Below, piece after piece: positions 51,845 through 62,896 of a stretch of 64,000 nt of DNA; position 1 is the first letter of the stretch; the number at the start of each line of letters is the position of its first letter. The stretch spans positions 288,001-352,000 of the forward strand of contig CAWGYD010000005.1 in NCBI GenBank assembly GCA_963826785.1, given 5' to 3'. Source of the DNA: an uncultured delta proteobacterium (lineage in GTDB: Bacteria; Desulfobacterota; Desulfobacteria; Desulfobacterales; Desulfosalsimonadaceae). The notes under the pieces were generated by a model. That model was not told the DNA's origin. It did not search any database and saw only the letters and a program-made list of their open reading frames with translations. The position numbers and the translations under genes were made by a program.

Positions 51845-52561
51845 ATGAAATGCACCAGCAGAGATCAGATCGAATACATGATTGAACTGCAGCAGGAAGA
51901 AACTGCGGCAGCAAAAATCCGGGTACAACTGGAACAGCTTCCCAAACAGATCGAGGCTTTGGAAAACACCCTGGCAGAATTCGAACAATCGGTTTCATCC
52001 CACAAGACGATTGTCGAAGATCTGAAAAAAAACTACCGGGGACTGGAAGCTGAAATGCAAACCAATCTGGGGCGCATCAAGAAGCGTCAGGAGCAGCTCG
52101 ATGCCGTGAAAACCAACAAGGAATATCAGGCGCTTTTAAAAGACATCGAAGAAATTAAAAAAATCAATTCCCGGATGGAAGACAAAGCCATAGAATGCAT
52201 GGATCAGATCGAAGCCGCCGAACGCATCGTCGGGGAAAAAGAAGAAGCCCAGGCGGCGGCCCGTGAAGATATCCAGCGGCAGCAGGAGGGCCTGGCGGCA
52301 GAAGCAGGCGAGCGGAAAAAAGAACTGGCTGAACTGGATTTAAAGCAGCAGGCCATCCGGCAGCGCATCGATCCTGATCTGATGGAGCAGTACGAATTTA
52401 TCAAATCCCAGGTGGGCGGCAGGGTGATCGCCCAGGCGAAAAACTCGGTTTGCCTCGGATGCCATATGAACATCCCTCCCCAGATGTACAATGAACTGCA
52501 CCGGGAAAATGAAATAAGGATTTGCCCTCATTGTCATCGGATGCTATATGTTTTATGTTAG
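51845..52561 (+). CDS. C4-type zinc-ribbon coiled-coil protein (DUF164-like)
   Basis: Long coiled coil; CLGCHMNIPPQ...CPHCHRML. Confidence 0.9.
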   Translation: MKCTSRDQIEYMIELQQEETAAAKIRVQLEQLPKQIEALENTLAEFEQSVSSHKTIVEDLKKNYRGLEAEMQTNLGRIKKRQEQLDAVKTNKEYQALLKDIEEIKKINSRMEDKAIECMDQIEAAERIVGEKEEAQAAAREDIQRQQEGLAAEAGERKKELAELDLKQQAIRQRIDPDLMEQYEFIKSQVGGRVIAQAKNSVCLGCHMNIPPQMYNELHRENEIRICPHCHRMLYVLC

Positions 52562-52565
52562 TTCG

Positions 52566-52934
<369 letters not shown>

Positions 52935-52982
52935 CCATCTTATTTCCGAAAAACGGCAAGATTACAGGCGGATTTTGATTCA

Positions 52983-54341
52983 GTGGCGGAAAACATCAAT
53001 CCAGAAGATCTAAGTTCATCCGCAAAAAACGGCAAGGCCTTGGTCGAGTCCTGCGATATTTCATTTGCCGAGAAGGCCCGGGTCCATTCCTACAATTACC
53101 TGCGATGCGCGCTCTATCTGAGCGGCTGCAAGTCTCCAGAGCATGTGTTCACCCAGAGCCTCTACTCGAAGCTGATCACCAGTTCTCATCTGCTGGAGGA
53201 TTTTCTCGATTTCCATGGCGCCAAAAACAATTCCAAATGGTACTTCTACCGTGAACTGGCGGCGGCCGTCCGGCACATGAGCCTGGGGGCCTATGCACAG
53301 AAGCATGTGGTCAACCGCCTGGTCTTCTATGACATCGAATCCAAGGAGGATTTCCGCAAGCACGGCAACATCGCACTCGAATTCATGACCGGTTCACTGA
53401 TCAAGATGGCGCCCGTGATCCTGGACGAGGCCCGCAGCCTCAATATCCCGCTGCCCAAAAAGCCGTTTCTGGCGGAGCATTTCCCCGGTATTACCACCGG
53501 CGACATGCTGGAAACCGATTTCGAGGACGAAGTCAAGGACCGGATGCGCAATCACATTGTCCGGGTGGCAAACGAGTTTCTATCCATTGCCGGGGACTTC
53601 GACACCTATGAATTTTTTGAGGTCTACGACCAGGACGGTCTGAAAGCACTGGTGCCCAGCCGGGTGAACGAGGTGGAGATCCGGCGGTTTGAAATGCTGG
53701 TGCACAATATCCAGTCCTCCTTTGACACCTATGTGGTCCATGGGGGCCAGTTTTACGGCAACAACGTCCTGAAGCGGTTCCGCTCCTATGTATCGGTGAT
53801 CTACCATCTGCTGCAGGTCATGGGCCGGCTCCTGCATTTTTACGAACGCCACCTGATCGAGATCGGCTATAAACATTCCTACAAGAAAGCCCGGGAGCGC
53901 CTGATGGAACTGGTGGATCCGGACGCCCTGCTGGACTGTACCATCAATTTCGGGCTCTACTACGTCAACCATTTCTTTTCGGCCGGCAAGGAAGTGGCCC
54001 GGGAAATCCTCAAAGAGAATGTGGAGCGCTCGTCCATTACCGTGGGCATCCCCAGGGACCTTGGTTTTCATTGCCGCCCCAGCCTCATGGTGGCCAAAAT
54101 CGTCCAGAATTACGGTGGGGAGGTCGAAATGGTGGTCAACGGGGACCGCTATGATGCCAGCAGCGTTCTGGATATCCAGTGGGCCGGCGGGAAGATCCAG
54201 CGGGAAAATATTCAACAGGTTACCTTCGAAGGTGATATCCGCGCGTTAAACGATATCCAGACCCTGGCCGGCGTCAATTACGGGGAAGACCGCATGGGAA
54301 AGGGTATTCCGCTCCCCAAAAGCCTCCAGTACCTGAGATAG
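52983..54341 (+). CDS. Large protein with C-terminal HPr-like domain
   Basis: C-terminal LGFHCRPS...YDASSVLDI resembles the HPr His15 and Ser46 motifs. Confidence 0.75.
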   Translation: MAENINPEDLSSSAKNGKALVESCDISFAEKARVHSYNYLRCALYLSGCKSPEHVFTQSLYSKLITSSHLLEDFLDFHGAKNNSKWYFYRELAAAVRHMSLGAYAQKHVVNRLVFYDIESKEDFRKHGNIALEFMTGSLIKMAPVILDEARSLNIPLPKKPFLAEHFPGITTGDMLETDFEDEVKDRMRNHIVRVANEFLSIAGDFDTYEFFEVYDQDGLKALVPSRVNEVEIRRFEMLVHNIQSSFDTYVVHGGQFYGNNVLKRFRSYVSVIYHLLQVMGRLLHFYERHLIEIGYKHSYKKARERLMELVDPDALLDCTINFGLYYVNHFFSAGKEVAREILKENVERSSITVGIPRDLGFHCRPSLMVAKIVQNYGGEVEMVVNGDRYDASSVLDIQWAGGKIQRENIQQVTFEGDIRALNDIQTLAGVNYGEDRMGKGIPLPKSLQYLR

Positions 54342-54353
54342 AAGTTTTTGGCG

Positions 54354-55058
54354 ATGACGTCGGTTTCAGCAGTGATCGTTGCCGGTGGACAGGGTTTGCG
54401 GATGGGGTCCGGCACCCGGAAACAATACCTCTTCATCGGCGGTCGTCCCATTCTCAGTTGCACGCTCCTTGCCATCGACGCCTGTCCGATGATCCAGTCG
54501 ATTTACCTCGCCGTTCCGGAAGACGACATTGCTTTCTGCCAGGACCGGATTGTTGCCCCGCTGCCACTGAAATCGACCGTCCAGCTGGTGGCCGGCGGAA
54601 AAGAGCGGCAGAACTCCGTCTGTAATGCCCTTGAAGCGATAGACGGCAAGGCCCAGGTAGTGGTCATCCATGACGGGGTACGGCCGTTTATCCGCCAGGA
54701 TCGGATCGCGGCATGCATCGAGGCGGCCATATCCGCCGGCGCCGCCAGCCTGGGGATCCCGGCATCAGATACTTTAAAATCAGTTGACCGGGACGGAAAC
54801 ATCATTGAGACCATTCCCAGAGAATCTGTCTGGCTGACCCAGACGCCCCAGGCGTTTTCGTATGAACTGATCCGATCGGCCCATGACGCGGCCCGCGCCT
54901 GCGGATTTGCCGGCACGGATGATGCCTCGCTGGTGCAGCGGCAGGGGCACAACGTCAGAATGGTTCGCGGTGCGGCCACCAATATCAAAATCACCACCCC
55001 CGAAGACATCATCCTGGCTGATGCGATTTTAAACATATGGGATAAAAAACAGATATAA
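54354..55058 (+). CDS. ispD: 2-C-methyl-D-erythritol 4-phosphate cytidylyltransferase
   Basis: VAGGQGLRMG, GGKERQNSV, IHDGVRP, QTPQAF, NIKITTPED. Confidence 0.95.
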   Translation: MTSVSAVIVAGGQGLRMGSGTRKQYLFIGGRPILSCTLLAIDACPMIQSIYLAVPEDDIAFCQDRIVAPLPLKSTVQLVAGGKERQNSVCNALEAIDGKAQVVVIHDGVRPFIRQDRIAACIEAAISAGAASLGIPASDTLKSVDRDGNIIETIPRESVWLTQTPQAFSYELIRSAHDAARACGFAGTDDASLVQRQGHNVRMVRGAATNIKITTPEDIILADAILNIWDKKQI

Positions 55059-55155
55059 ATCATTTTTCCTTTATCTTGCTCATGCGCCTGGTCGGGTTTT
55101 ATTTGAGCACGGGCATGCCGTTGTATTCATTTTCAAATAGTGAGGGAGGTCATAA

Positions 55156-55710
55156 ATGGATGAGCTGATGACGATTATCAAGGAACGTCGCAGTATCCGC
55201 AATTACGAAGAGAAGGATGTGCCGGATGAGGCGCTGCAAGCCATTCTGGAAGCGGTCCAGTGGGCACCGTCCTGGGCCAACACCCAGTGCTGGGAGATCG
55301 TGGTGATCCGAGACCCTGCGGTCAAGGAAAAGGTGCAGGCGGCGGTCCCGGCATCCAATCCGGGCTTCAAATCAATTGTCAGAGCCCCGCTGCTGCTGGC
55401 GGTCTGCGCCCGGAAGGGGACATCCGGATTCTATAAGGATGTGGTGACCACCAAATTCGGCGACTGGTTCATGTTCGATGCCGGTCTGGCCACCCAGAAC
55501 ATCTGTCTGGCCGCGCATGGGCTGGGACTCGGAACCGTCGTGATCGGCCTCTACGACCATGACAAGGCGAGGGCCGCGCTGAATCTGCCCGAATCCGTGG
55601 AACTGGTCGCCCTGATGCCTATCGGGTATCCCTCAAAGGTTCCGTCCGCTCCCAAACGGAAAGAAATCAGCGAATTTGTCCATATCGATTCTTATGGGAA
55701 CAAGCCGTAA
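55156..55710 (+). CDS. Nitroreductase family protein
   Basis: RRSIRNY, APSWANTQCW, AAHGLGLGT. Confidence 0.92.
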   Translation: MDELMTIIKERRSIRNYEEKDVPDEALQAILEAVQWAPSWANTQCWEIVVIRDPAVKEKVQAAVPASNPGFKSIVRAPLLLAVCARKGTSGFYKDVVTTKFGDWFMFDAGLATQNICLAAHGLGLGTVVIGLYDHDKARAALNLPESVELVALMPIGYPSKVPSAPKRKEISEFVHIDSYGNKP

Positions 55711-55721
55711 GCCACGGCATC

Positions 55722-56424
55722 ATGACGGCTTCCTTTATCAGCATTTTTTCATTATCCTTTTTGGTGGCCCTGACCGGCGCCATGTCTCCCGGCCCCCTGC
55801 TGACCTATACCATCGCCCGGTCGGCCGAAGACGGCGGCCGGGGATACCTGATGGGCTTCTGGATCATCGCGGGACATGCGCTGGTGGAGATGGTCATTGT
55901 GCTGCTCCTGATTTCCGGGTTTTCATTCATATTCGAGAATTTGTACTTCATGCGCGCCGTGGGAGTGGTTGGCGGTGCGATTTTGATGGTTTTCGGCGGG
56001 GTGATTTTAAAGAACGTGAAAAGCGGCACCATTTCGGCGGACTTTTTGAGCGGGGCTGGAAGACCTCGTGCGTGAAGGGATGTCTGCACCGGGGCGCAAG
56101 GTATTGAAAAACCCCGTCATCGGCGGGATGCTCGTCTCCATGGCCAATCCGTACTGGTGGATCTGGTGGGCCACCATCGGACTGGCGTTCATGCTCCAGT
56201 TTAAGATCTCATCTTCAAATATATCGGGCCTGATCGCCTTTTTTGCGGGCCACGAGGCAGGCGACCTCGCCTGGTACCTTCTCGTATCCGTAATGGCGTT
56301 TTTCGGCCTGCGTTATCTCAGCCGCCGTGTCTATGCTTCCATACTGGTGGCGTGCGGCATTTTCATGATCGGTTTCGGGGCGTACCTGGGCGGGTCATGG
56401 ATATTCAGACCGGCATTGACCTGA
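55722..56424 (+). CDS. LysE-family translocator (split by frameshift near 56065)
   Basis: ALTGAMSPGPL...GHALVE; second part SMANPYWWIWWATIG...GHEAGD. Confidence 0.85.
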
Positions 56425-56436
56425 AGGACGACTCGC

Positions 56437-58305
56437 ATGGGTACAGAAGACCAGGAGACGAAGGCGTCCGGGGCCGAACTCCCCCGCCTGAAAGCCCGGG
56501 TGAAGGATCTGGAAGCCATGAAGGCAAAAGAGGCGCAAGCCCGGCAGGCGTTGTTCGAAAGCGAACAGCGGTACCGGAGCGTTTTTGAAAACACCGGCAC
56601 CGCCACCATCATCATTGAACATGACATGACCATTTCCATGGGCAACGCCAAGTTCGTCGAACTCACCGGCTATTCCAAGCCGGAAATCGAGGGGAAAATG
56701 AAATGGACGGCCTTCGTTGTCCCGGACGACCGGGACCGGATGGCCGAGTATCATCGCAAGCGGCGGATTGACCGGCTTTCTGCTCCCACCGAATACGAAT
56801 GCCGGGTGTTTGATCGCAAGGGTGAGATCAAGCACATGTTTGTGCGCATCGACATGATTCCGGACACCCTGCAGAGCGTGGCTTCCTTCATGGACATCAC
56901 CGCTTTCAAACAGACCGAATCGGCCCTGATCGAGAGTGAGCGCAAACTTTCCAAACTCATGGGCAATCTTCCGGGGATGGCCTATCGATGCCGGCATGAT
57001 GATTTCCGCACCATGAATTACGTCAGCGCGGGCTGCAAATGGCTGACCGGATATGCCCCCTATGATCTCATCGACAATGCCTCCAGGGCATATACGGATC
57101 TGATTCATCCGGAAGATATCGACCGGGTCCGGCAGCGGATCGGGGCCGCGCTTTCCGCAAACCGGCCTTTTCAGATGGAATACCGAATTGTATCGGCATC
57201 CGGTGAAATCAAATGGGTCTGGGAAGAAGGGCTGGGTATTTTTGCCGATGGCGGCGAGGCCATTGAATTTGAAGGATTTATTTCCGATATCACCGGGCAT
57301 AAACTGGAAGAGCAGCAGCTCCGCCGGGAAAACATCACGCTCAAGAGCAATATCAAGGAGCGGTATAAGTTCGGCGCCATCATCGGGAAAAACCGGGCCA
57401 TGCAGGAAGTGTACGAGCGGATTTCAAAAGCCGCCGCCGGCCGGGCCAATGTGATCATCTACGGGGAATCCGGAACCGGCAAGGAACTGGTGGCCCGGGA
57501 AATCCACCGGATCAGCGATACGGGCGACCTCCCGTTTATTCCGGTCAACTGCAGCGCCATCCCGGAAAATTTGTTCGAAAGTGAATTTTTTGGTCACCGC
57601 AAAGGGGCTTTTACCGGGGCGGTCAATGACAAGTCGGGATATTTCGACCGCGCGGACGGCGGCACCCTGTTTCTCGATGAACTGGGTGAAATCGGCATCA
57701 GCGTCCAGGCGAAGCTGCTCCGGGTGCTGGAGGGCGGAGGCTATACCCCGGTGGGGGGAAACGAGGTCAAAAACGTGTCGGTGCGGATTCTGGCGGCCAC
57801 CAGCCGGGATTTGAAAGCAGAAGTGAAGAAGGGACGGATGCGGGAGGATTTTTTTTACCGGATTCACATCATCCCCATCACCATGCCGCCTTTGCGGGAA
57901 CGAAAAGATGACCTTCCCCTGCTGATCGAACATTTTCTGACGCTCTATTCCAAATCAGACCACGTCCCGGATGTGGACGGCAAACTGCTGGGCCGGTTAT
58001 ACAATTATGACTGGCCCGGCAATGTCCGGGAACTCCAGAACGTGCTTCAGCGCTATATCACCCTCAATACGCTTGATTTTTTAAGCACCGACATATCGGG
58101 CTCGGTTCAGTCGCAGCAGGATTTTGCACCTGAACCCGAAGGGCTTCTTGAGGGGCCTCTGGATGCCGCCATGGACCAATGTGAAAAAAGGATCATCCGG
58201 CATGCACTGGAAAAAAGCCAGTGGAAGAAAAACGATACCGCAGACCATCTGAAGATCAACCGCAAGACGCTGTTTCGCAAAATGAAAAAACACGGACTGG
58301 ATTAA
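56437..58305 (+). CDS. PAS-domain sigma54-dependent transcriptional activator
   Basis: Two PAS domains; [27 protein letters not shown]-terminal Fis-type HTH. Confidence 0.95.
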   Translation: MGTEDQETKASGAELPRLKARVKDLEAMKAKEAQARQALFESEQRYRSVFENTGTATIIIEHDMTISMGNAKFVELTGYSKPEIEGKMKWTAFVVPDDRDRMAEYHRKRRIDRLSAPTEYECRVFDRKGEIKHMFVRIDMIPDTLQSVASFMDITAFKQTESALIESERKLSKLMGNLPGMAYRCRHDDFRTMNYVSAGCKWLTGYAPYDLIDNASRAYTDLIHPEDIDRVRQRIGAALSANRPFQMEYRIVSASGEIKWVWEEGLGIFADGGEAIEFEGFISDITGHKLEEQQLRRENITLKSNIKERYKFGAIIGKNRAMQEVYERISKAAAGRANVIIYGESGTGKELVAREIHRISDTGDLPFIPVNCSAIPENLFESEFFGHRKGAFTGAVNDKSGYFDRADGGTLFLDELGEIGISVQAKLLRVLEGGGYTPVGGNEVKNVSVRILAATSRDLKAEVKKGRMREDFFYRIHIIPITMPPLRERKDDLPLLIEHFLTLYSKSDHVPDVDGKLLGRLYNYDWPGNVRELQNVLQRYITLNTLDFLSTDISGSVQSQQDFAPEPEGLLEGPLDAAMDQCEKRIIRHALEKSQWKKNDTADHLKINRKTLFRKMKKHGLD

Positions 58306-58314
58306 CCCCTTTTT

Positions 58315-58400
58315 GGGGCGTTATCGCCCCAAAGGATATTTACAACATTGATTCAATGGCTTAAGTAATATTTGTCTATTTAAAGGGGCTAAAATGCCCC
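58315..58400. promoter_or_regulatory. Two candidate enhancer (UAS) palindromes GGGGC-N6-GCCCC
   Basis: GGGGCGTTATCGCCCC (58315-58330) and GGGGCTAAAATGCCCC (58385-58400). Confidence 0.55.
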
Positions 58401-58571
58401 TTGCCATGGCTCCTGCACCATTGCGCCGGCGGTCAGCTCTATGAGATGACCGCCGGCGTTTATTTTATAATCCGTCGGCACTTCCACCACCGGTTTACAG
58501 GCATCCACCAAATCGTCGCGCACCTTTTCGGCTGGTCAAGATCTTGAATCATGATTACTCTTTTCAATTGT

Positions 58572-58587
58572 TGGAATGAGAATTGCA
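58572..58587 (+). promoter_or_regulatory. Sigma54 -24/-12 promoter
   Basis: TGGAATGAGAATTGCA (GG-N10-GC) downstream of a bEBP gene. Confidence 0.65.
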
Positions 58588-58678
58588 TATTTATGCCATT
58601 GAAGAGGGTAACATGTCACCCTGGACCTCGATTCGTCATTCAGGATGACTCAATGTAAAATTAAAGGAGTACTTTGAC

Positions 58679-58888
58679 ATGATACATAAATTTTCAATAT
58701 TTCCGTTCAGAAGATCGGCAAAACGAACGTCGGTGCTTCCCATGGATTTCGGAACCATGTACTTTTTATATCCTTCTGAGAGTTCATATTTTTATGGCAT
58801 CGAATCCATGGGCATCGCCGGCCGGGTCGTCCGCGCCCTCAAAAGCCTGACTTGCAAAAAAAGTGGATGCGGATGTGAATTATTATAA
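58679..58888 (+). CDS. Small hypothetical protein (69 aa)
   Basis: AAGGAG RBS; follows the sigma54 promoter; followed by a terminator. Confidence 0.45.
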   Translation: MIHKFSIFPFRRSAKRTSVLPMDFGTMYFLYPSESSYFYGIESMGIAGRVVRALKSLTCKKSGCGCELL

Positions 58889-58963
58889 AAACGATCCGAC
58901 CTTCTTTTAAAATCGATGCGCTAAATTAAGGTCTTATATTCCCCCCTCCTGTTTTTAAACAGG

Positions 58964-59014
58964 TGCACAAAAAAAAGCCGGAAGCCTTGCGGGGTTCCGG
59001 CTTTTTTTTGTGCA
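58964..59014. terminator. Bidirectional intrinsic terminator
   Basis: A8-GCCGGAA-loop-TTCCGGC-T8. Confidence 0.85.
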
Positions 59015-59064
59015 ATTGATCTTTGTCATCTGATTTTGGACAAGCTGGTCATCGAAAAACCGGT

Positions 59065-59718
59065 CTAAGGGTTTGCTGTCTTGCCGGGACTGATGGCATT
59101 TGCCGTTTCGGCGATGACCGCTTTTGATATTCGGGAAACGCCGGTGCTCATGGACTGGGCCAATCCCAGGGGGTTATTCTGGTCAAGGGGAACCCGGGCG
59201 TTAAAAGTCTTTTGAAAGCATATTTTCTTGCCGGGATCGGATTCGTTTTCACGGGTCAGGGTCAGGGTGACGGAGGCAATGGCATTCCATTTTCCGTCCT
59301 GGTCCTGCTCATAAAATTTTCCGACAAACCCCTGGAGGCGGTGGGTGGGTGCATGGGACCCGGAGAGATTTACGGCGGAAAAGAGGTTGGATGCACGCAG
59401 ATCTCTGGCCAAATCTGCCGTCACCATCTCTGCAGGCGGTATAATCCACATGAAATAGGTGTAGAAGTTTTCGGTGTAAGAACCCGAACTGTAGATGATC
59501 CGGTTGGAGTTATAGGGGGGGAGCGCGGTGAGCGGATCGATGGCCAGTATATAGGGCAGAGGGCTTTCCCGAACCGGCGGCGGCGGCGGATAATCCAGGG
59601 TATAATATTTGATGGGGAGCTTCTGGGTGGATTTGCCGATACAGCCGGAAAGAGAAACGAACAGGCCGGCGGCTGCCAGGATCATCAGGAACATAAAGAG
59701 CCGGGTTTTGGTATTCAT
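59065..59718 (-). CDS. ABC transport auxiliary lipoprotein (PqiC-like)
   Basis: Lipobox LSGC; YYTLDY; last gene of an MlaEFD-type operon. Confidence 0.85.
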   Translation of the reverse strand: MNTKTRLFMFLMILAAAGLFVSLSGCIGKSTQKLPIKYYTLDYPPPPPVRESPLPYILAIDPLTALPPYNSNRIIYSSGSYTENFYTYFMWIIPPAEMVTADLARDLRASNLFSAVNLSGSHAPTHRLQGFVGKFYEQDQDGKWNAIASVTLTLTRENESDPGKKICFQKTFNARVPLDQNNPLGLAQSMSTGVSRISKAVIAETANAISPGKTANP

Positions 59719-59722
59719 GGGA

Positions 59723-60712
59723 TCACTCCTGAAACGGCTGAATCGGTTTTTCCGGAGGCGGTTTGGAAAACAGCAGAGACGACGGCTGATTCCGGAGTTC
59801 CTGTATCAGACCGCTCAGGTTTTCGGCAGCGGAACTGATCTGGTTCATGGTCGAACGGATTTTCTGATCAAACTGATCCAGTTGGGTGTTGGATGTCACC
59901 ACCGTGGATTGGATTTCCCGAAGCAGCGCGGAAGCCTGTTTCGCCGCAGTCTGAAATTCATCCAGGGACCGTGTCAGATTCTCGGACTGCCGGACCACGG
60001 ACTGATCGATCCGGCTGACCGTCTGTCTGGAGGCAGACAGCAGTTGATTGGCATTCGCTCCGGTTTCCTGAATCATTTTATTGAGTTTATTCCATTTTTC
60101 AGGATCAAGGATCGCGTTGGCATTTTCAAGGGTATTGATGACCTGATCGGAAATCTGCCGGACCCTGGCTTCTTTCAGGGTCTGGTTGGTCAGGTTGAGC
60201 GTTTCTGAGATGCTTTCGGATATGCCTTTGAAATCGATCTGCTTTAAATTATTGATGATATCGGAGACGTCCGAGAGCATCTGCTGGATATTCGAGGGGC
60301 GGGTGGGAATCACCGGATATTTGGGTTCGAAGCTCAGTTTGGGCGGGATGGGCACGCCCCCCTGCCGCTGGCGTTCGAGTTCCACGTACATGATGCCGGT
60401 AATCCCGACGGCCTTGAGCCTGGCGACCATGTAGTCGATTTCCTTTAGCGGTTCATCCAGGTTGATGACAATCCGGACCAGGTTTCCATCCGGCGCGACT
60501 CCGATGCTTTGCACCCGGCCCACCGCAACACCGCGGTACTTTACGGGTGAATCCTCTTTGAGCCCCTGGACGGATTCATCGAAAAAGGCGACGTATTTTC
60601 GTCCCTCCTTCAAATACTGGAACATGCCCAACCAGAAAACAAACAGGACGACAACCGACATCCCGATCAGGACAAAAAGACCAACGGCAAATTTGGTTCG
60701 AATCGACGGCAT
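59723..60712 (-). CDS. MlaD/MCE family protein
   Basis: VGLFVL, FDESVQGL..SPVKYRGVAVGRV. Confidence 0.92.
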   Translation of the reverse strand: MPSIRTKFAVGLFVLIGMSVVVLFVFWLGMFQYLKEGRKYVAFFDESVQGLKEDSPVKYRGVAVGRVQSIGVAPDGNLVRIVINLDEPLKEIDYMVARLKAVGITGIMYVELERQRQGGVPIPPKLSFEPKYPVIPTRPSNIQQMLSDVSDIINNLKQIDFKGISESISETLNLTNQTLKEARVRQISDQVINTLENANAILDPEKWNKLNKMIQETGANANQLLSASRQTVSRIDQSVVRQSENLTRSLDEFQTAAKQASALLREIQSTVVTSNTQLDQFDQKIRSTMNQISSAAENLSGLIQELRNQPSSLLFSKPPPEKPIQPFQE

Positions 60713-60793
60713 TGCTGCCTATTCTTTTTCTAAAGGTTTAAAAATATAATCTACCAATCTTATTCAATTTTAAGACAAATGCAATTTTCTTTT

Positions 60794-61552
60794 TTAAATA
60801 CCCGCCCTGCGCTGAAAAAATTTTCGCACCAGTGGATTGTCGCTCCCGGTTTTCAGCTCCCCGGGGCTCCCCCTGGCGATGATTTTCCGGGTGCCCTTAT
60901 CCAGCATGATCACCTGGGATGCTACAGTGAAAATACTGTCCAGTTCATGGGTGACGATGATCATGGTGGTCCCCAGCTGACGATTGATTTCTAAAATAAG
61001 TTCGTCGATTTCCGCTGCGGTGATGGGGTCGAGCCCGGCCGAAGGCTCATCCAGGAAAAGGATCTGGGGGTTTAATGCAAGTGCACGGGCCAGGCCGGCC
61101 CGTTTTTTCATGCCGCCGCTGATTTCAGCAGGGGTGTGATCCTCATAGCATTCCAATCCCACCAGGGAGAGCTTCATCCGGACCATGCTGGCAATGGCGC
61201 TTTTGGAAAGGGAGGTGAACTCGGCAATGGGAAGGGCGATATTTTCGCCAATGGTCATGGAGCCGATCAATGCGCTGCCCTGGAATAGAACCCCGATGTT
61301 TCGCAGCGCCTGGTGAAACTGCTTTTCCGAACAGGTGGCGATATCCACTCCGTCGATGTGAACATGTCCGGAAAGCGGATTCTCAAGTCCGACCATCTGG
61401 CGCAGCAATGTACTTTTTCCGGAACCGCTGCCGCCCAGGATACCGAAAATCTCTCCTTTCTCCACGGAGAATGAAATGTGGTCCAGGATCAGGAAATTCC
61501 CGTATTGAACCACCAGATCTTCGACTTGGATGATTTCGGATGAACGGTTCAT
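60794..61552 (-). CDS. MlaF-like ABC ATPase
   Basis: GGSGSGKST, ISGGMKKRAGLARA, DEPSAGLDP. Confidence 0.93.
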   Translation of the reverse strand: MNRSSEIIQVEDLVVQYGNFLILDHISFSVEKGEIFGILGGSGSGKSTLLRQMVGLENPLSGHVHIDGVDIATCSEKQFHQALRNIGVLFQGSALIGSMTIGENIALPIAEFTSLSKSAIASMVRMKLSLVGLECYEDHTPAEISGGMKKRAGLARALALNPQILFLDEPSAGLDPITAAEIDELILEINRQLGTTMIIVTHELDSIFTVASQVIMLDKGTRKIIARGSPGELKTGSDNPLVRKFFQRRAGI

Positions 61553-61553
61553 T

Positions 61554-62693
61554 TCATCTCCACTGACTCCGGATCACGGCAAAAACAGAGTCAAACAGGA
61601 TGATCAAAAAGATGCTGGTGACCACGGCGGATGTGGCGGCGTTTCCCACTGCCGAAGCCCCGCCCTTGGCTTGAAATCCTCTCAGGCAGCCCACTGCGGC
61701 GATCAGAGAAGCAAACACAAATGACTTGAACAACCCCCACAGCAGTTCGAAAAGGGTGAGGGTGGCGATGGTCTGGCTGATGTAGGTCCCGGCGGTGAGA
61801 TCGAGCATGGTGATGCCGATCATCAGCCCCCCGCTGATGGCAAATACATTGGAAAACATGGCCAGCAGCGGAATGACCAGAACGGCGGCGATCAGCCGGG
61901 GGATCGCCAGGAATAATACAGGGTCAAATCCCATGGTGATCAACGCGTCGATTTCCTCGGAAATCTTCATGGAACTGATTTCCGCCGCATACGCGGAACC
62001 CGATCGTCCCGCCACGATGATGGCGGTCATGATGGGCCCGAGTTCGGATACCATGGCCATGGCCACCAGGGATGCCACATAAATATTGGCGCCAAACGGC
62101 TTGAGCTGGAGCGATGACATGAAGGCCATGATCAGCCCCAGCAGAAAACTGATCAGTGCCACCACCGGCAGGGCATCCACTCCGGTGGTTTTCATGTGCC
62201 AGACGATATCTTCCCCCCGAAGGGATTTGGGTTTCTGAAAGATCCGGGCGGCCGCCAGCACGATGGACCCAATAAAGTCGACAAAAAATTTGAGGCCGGC
62301 AAATATGCGGATGGTGGCTTCCCCGAGTTCGACGATCAGGTTCTGGCGGGTCCGGCCGGATGAAAGGGGGCAGTGCTGGTCGACATCAAAGTGGACCATC
62401 TCGGCGATTTTTTTGAAATTGTCGGGTGCATTTTGGATGACAAACCGGTCCATTTTCATATCCAGCATGTGCTTGACCTCATAGAGGACCAGCGCGCCGT
62501 AATCATCCATGTGCGTAACCGATGTCAGATCAAACCGTATCGTTTCTCCCGGGTAATCCTTGAGCCGCAGCGAAAGTGCCTTTAGCGCGTCTGCTGCCGT
62601 CTGGATGGTGAATTCGCCGGAAAGCGAAATGGTCCACCCGGTATTGGCATCTTCGGAAACGTCGAAGTCGAATGTGTCGAAATGGGCGACCAT
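61554..62693 (-). CDS. MlaE-like permease with N-terminal STAS-like domain
   Basis: ELGPIMTAIIVAGRSGSAYAAEI, EEIDAL, VGNAATSAVV. Confidence 0.93.
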   Translation of the reverse strand: MVAHFDTFDFDVSEDANTGWTISLSGEFTIQTAADALKALSLRLKDYPGETIRFDLTSVTHMDDYGALVLYEVKHMLDMKMDRFVIQNAPDNFKKIAEMVHFDVDQHCPLSSGRTRQNLIVELGEATIRIFAGLKFFVDFIGSIVLAAARIFQKPKSLRGEDIVWHMKTTGVDALPVVALISFLLGLIMAFMSSLQLKPFGANIYVASLVAMAMVSELGPIMTAIIVAGRSGSAYAAEISSMKISEEIDALITMGFDPVLFLAIPRLIAAVLVIPLLAMFSNVFAISGGLMIGITMLDLTAGTYISQTIATLTLFELLWGLFKSFVFASLIAAVGCLRGFQAKGGASAVGNAATSAVVTSIFLIILFDSVFAVIRSQWR

Positions 62694-62896
62694 GGATCAG
62701 GTGAAATCCGTTAGGGGAAAATGCGGCCGGTTATCGGAATCGCAGCCCATCTTCGCATTGACAATTTTTCCTGCTTTGGCTTTTTCTCTTGTTGATTGAT
62801 GTATCATATTAAAATATGAAACCAATATCAACCTGTTCTGTTGACTGGTGATGTATATCCGATTAAGTGTAAGCCCATTTCGAGAAAGGACCAACG

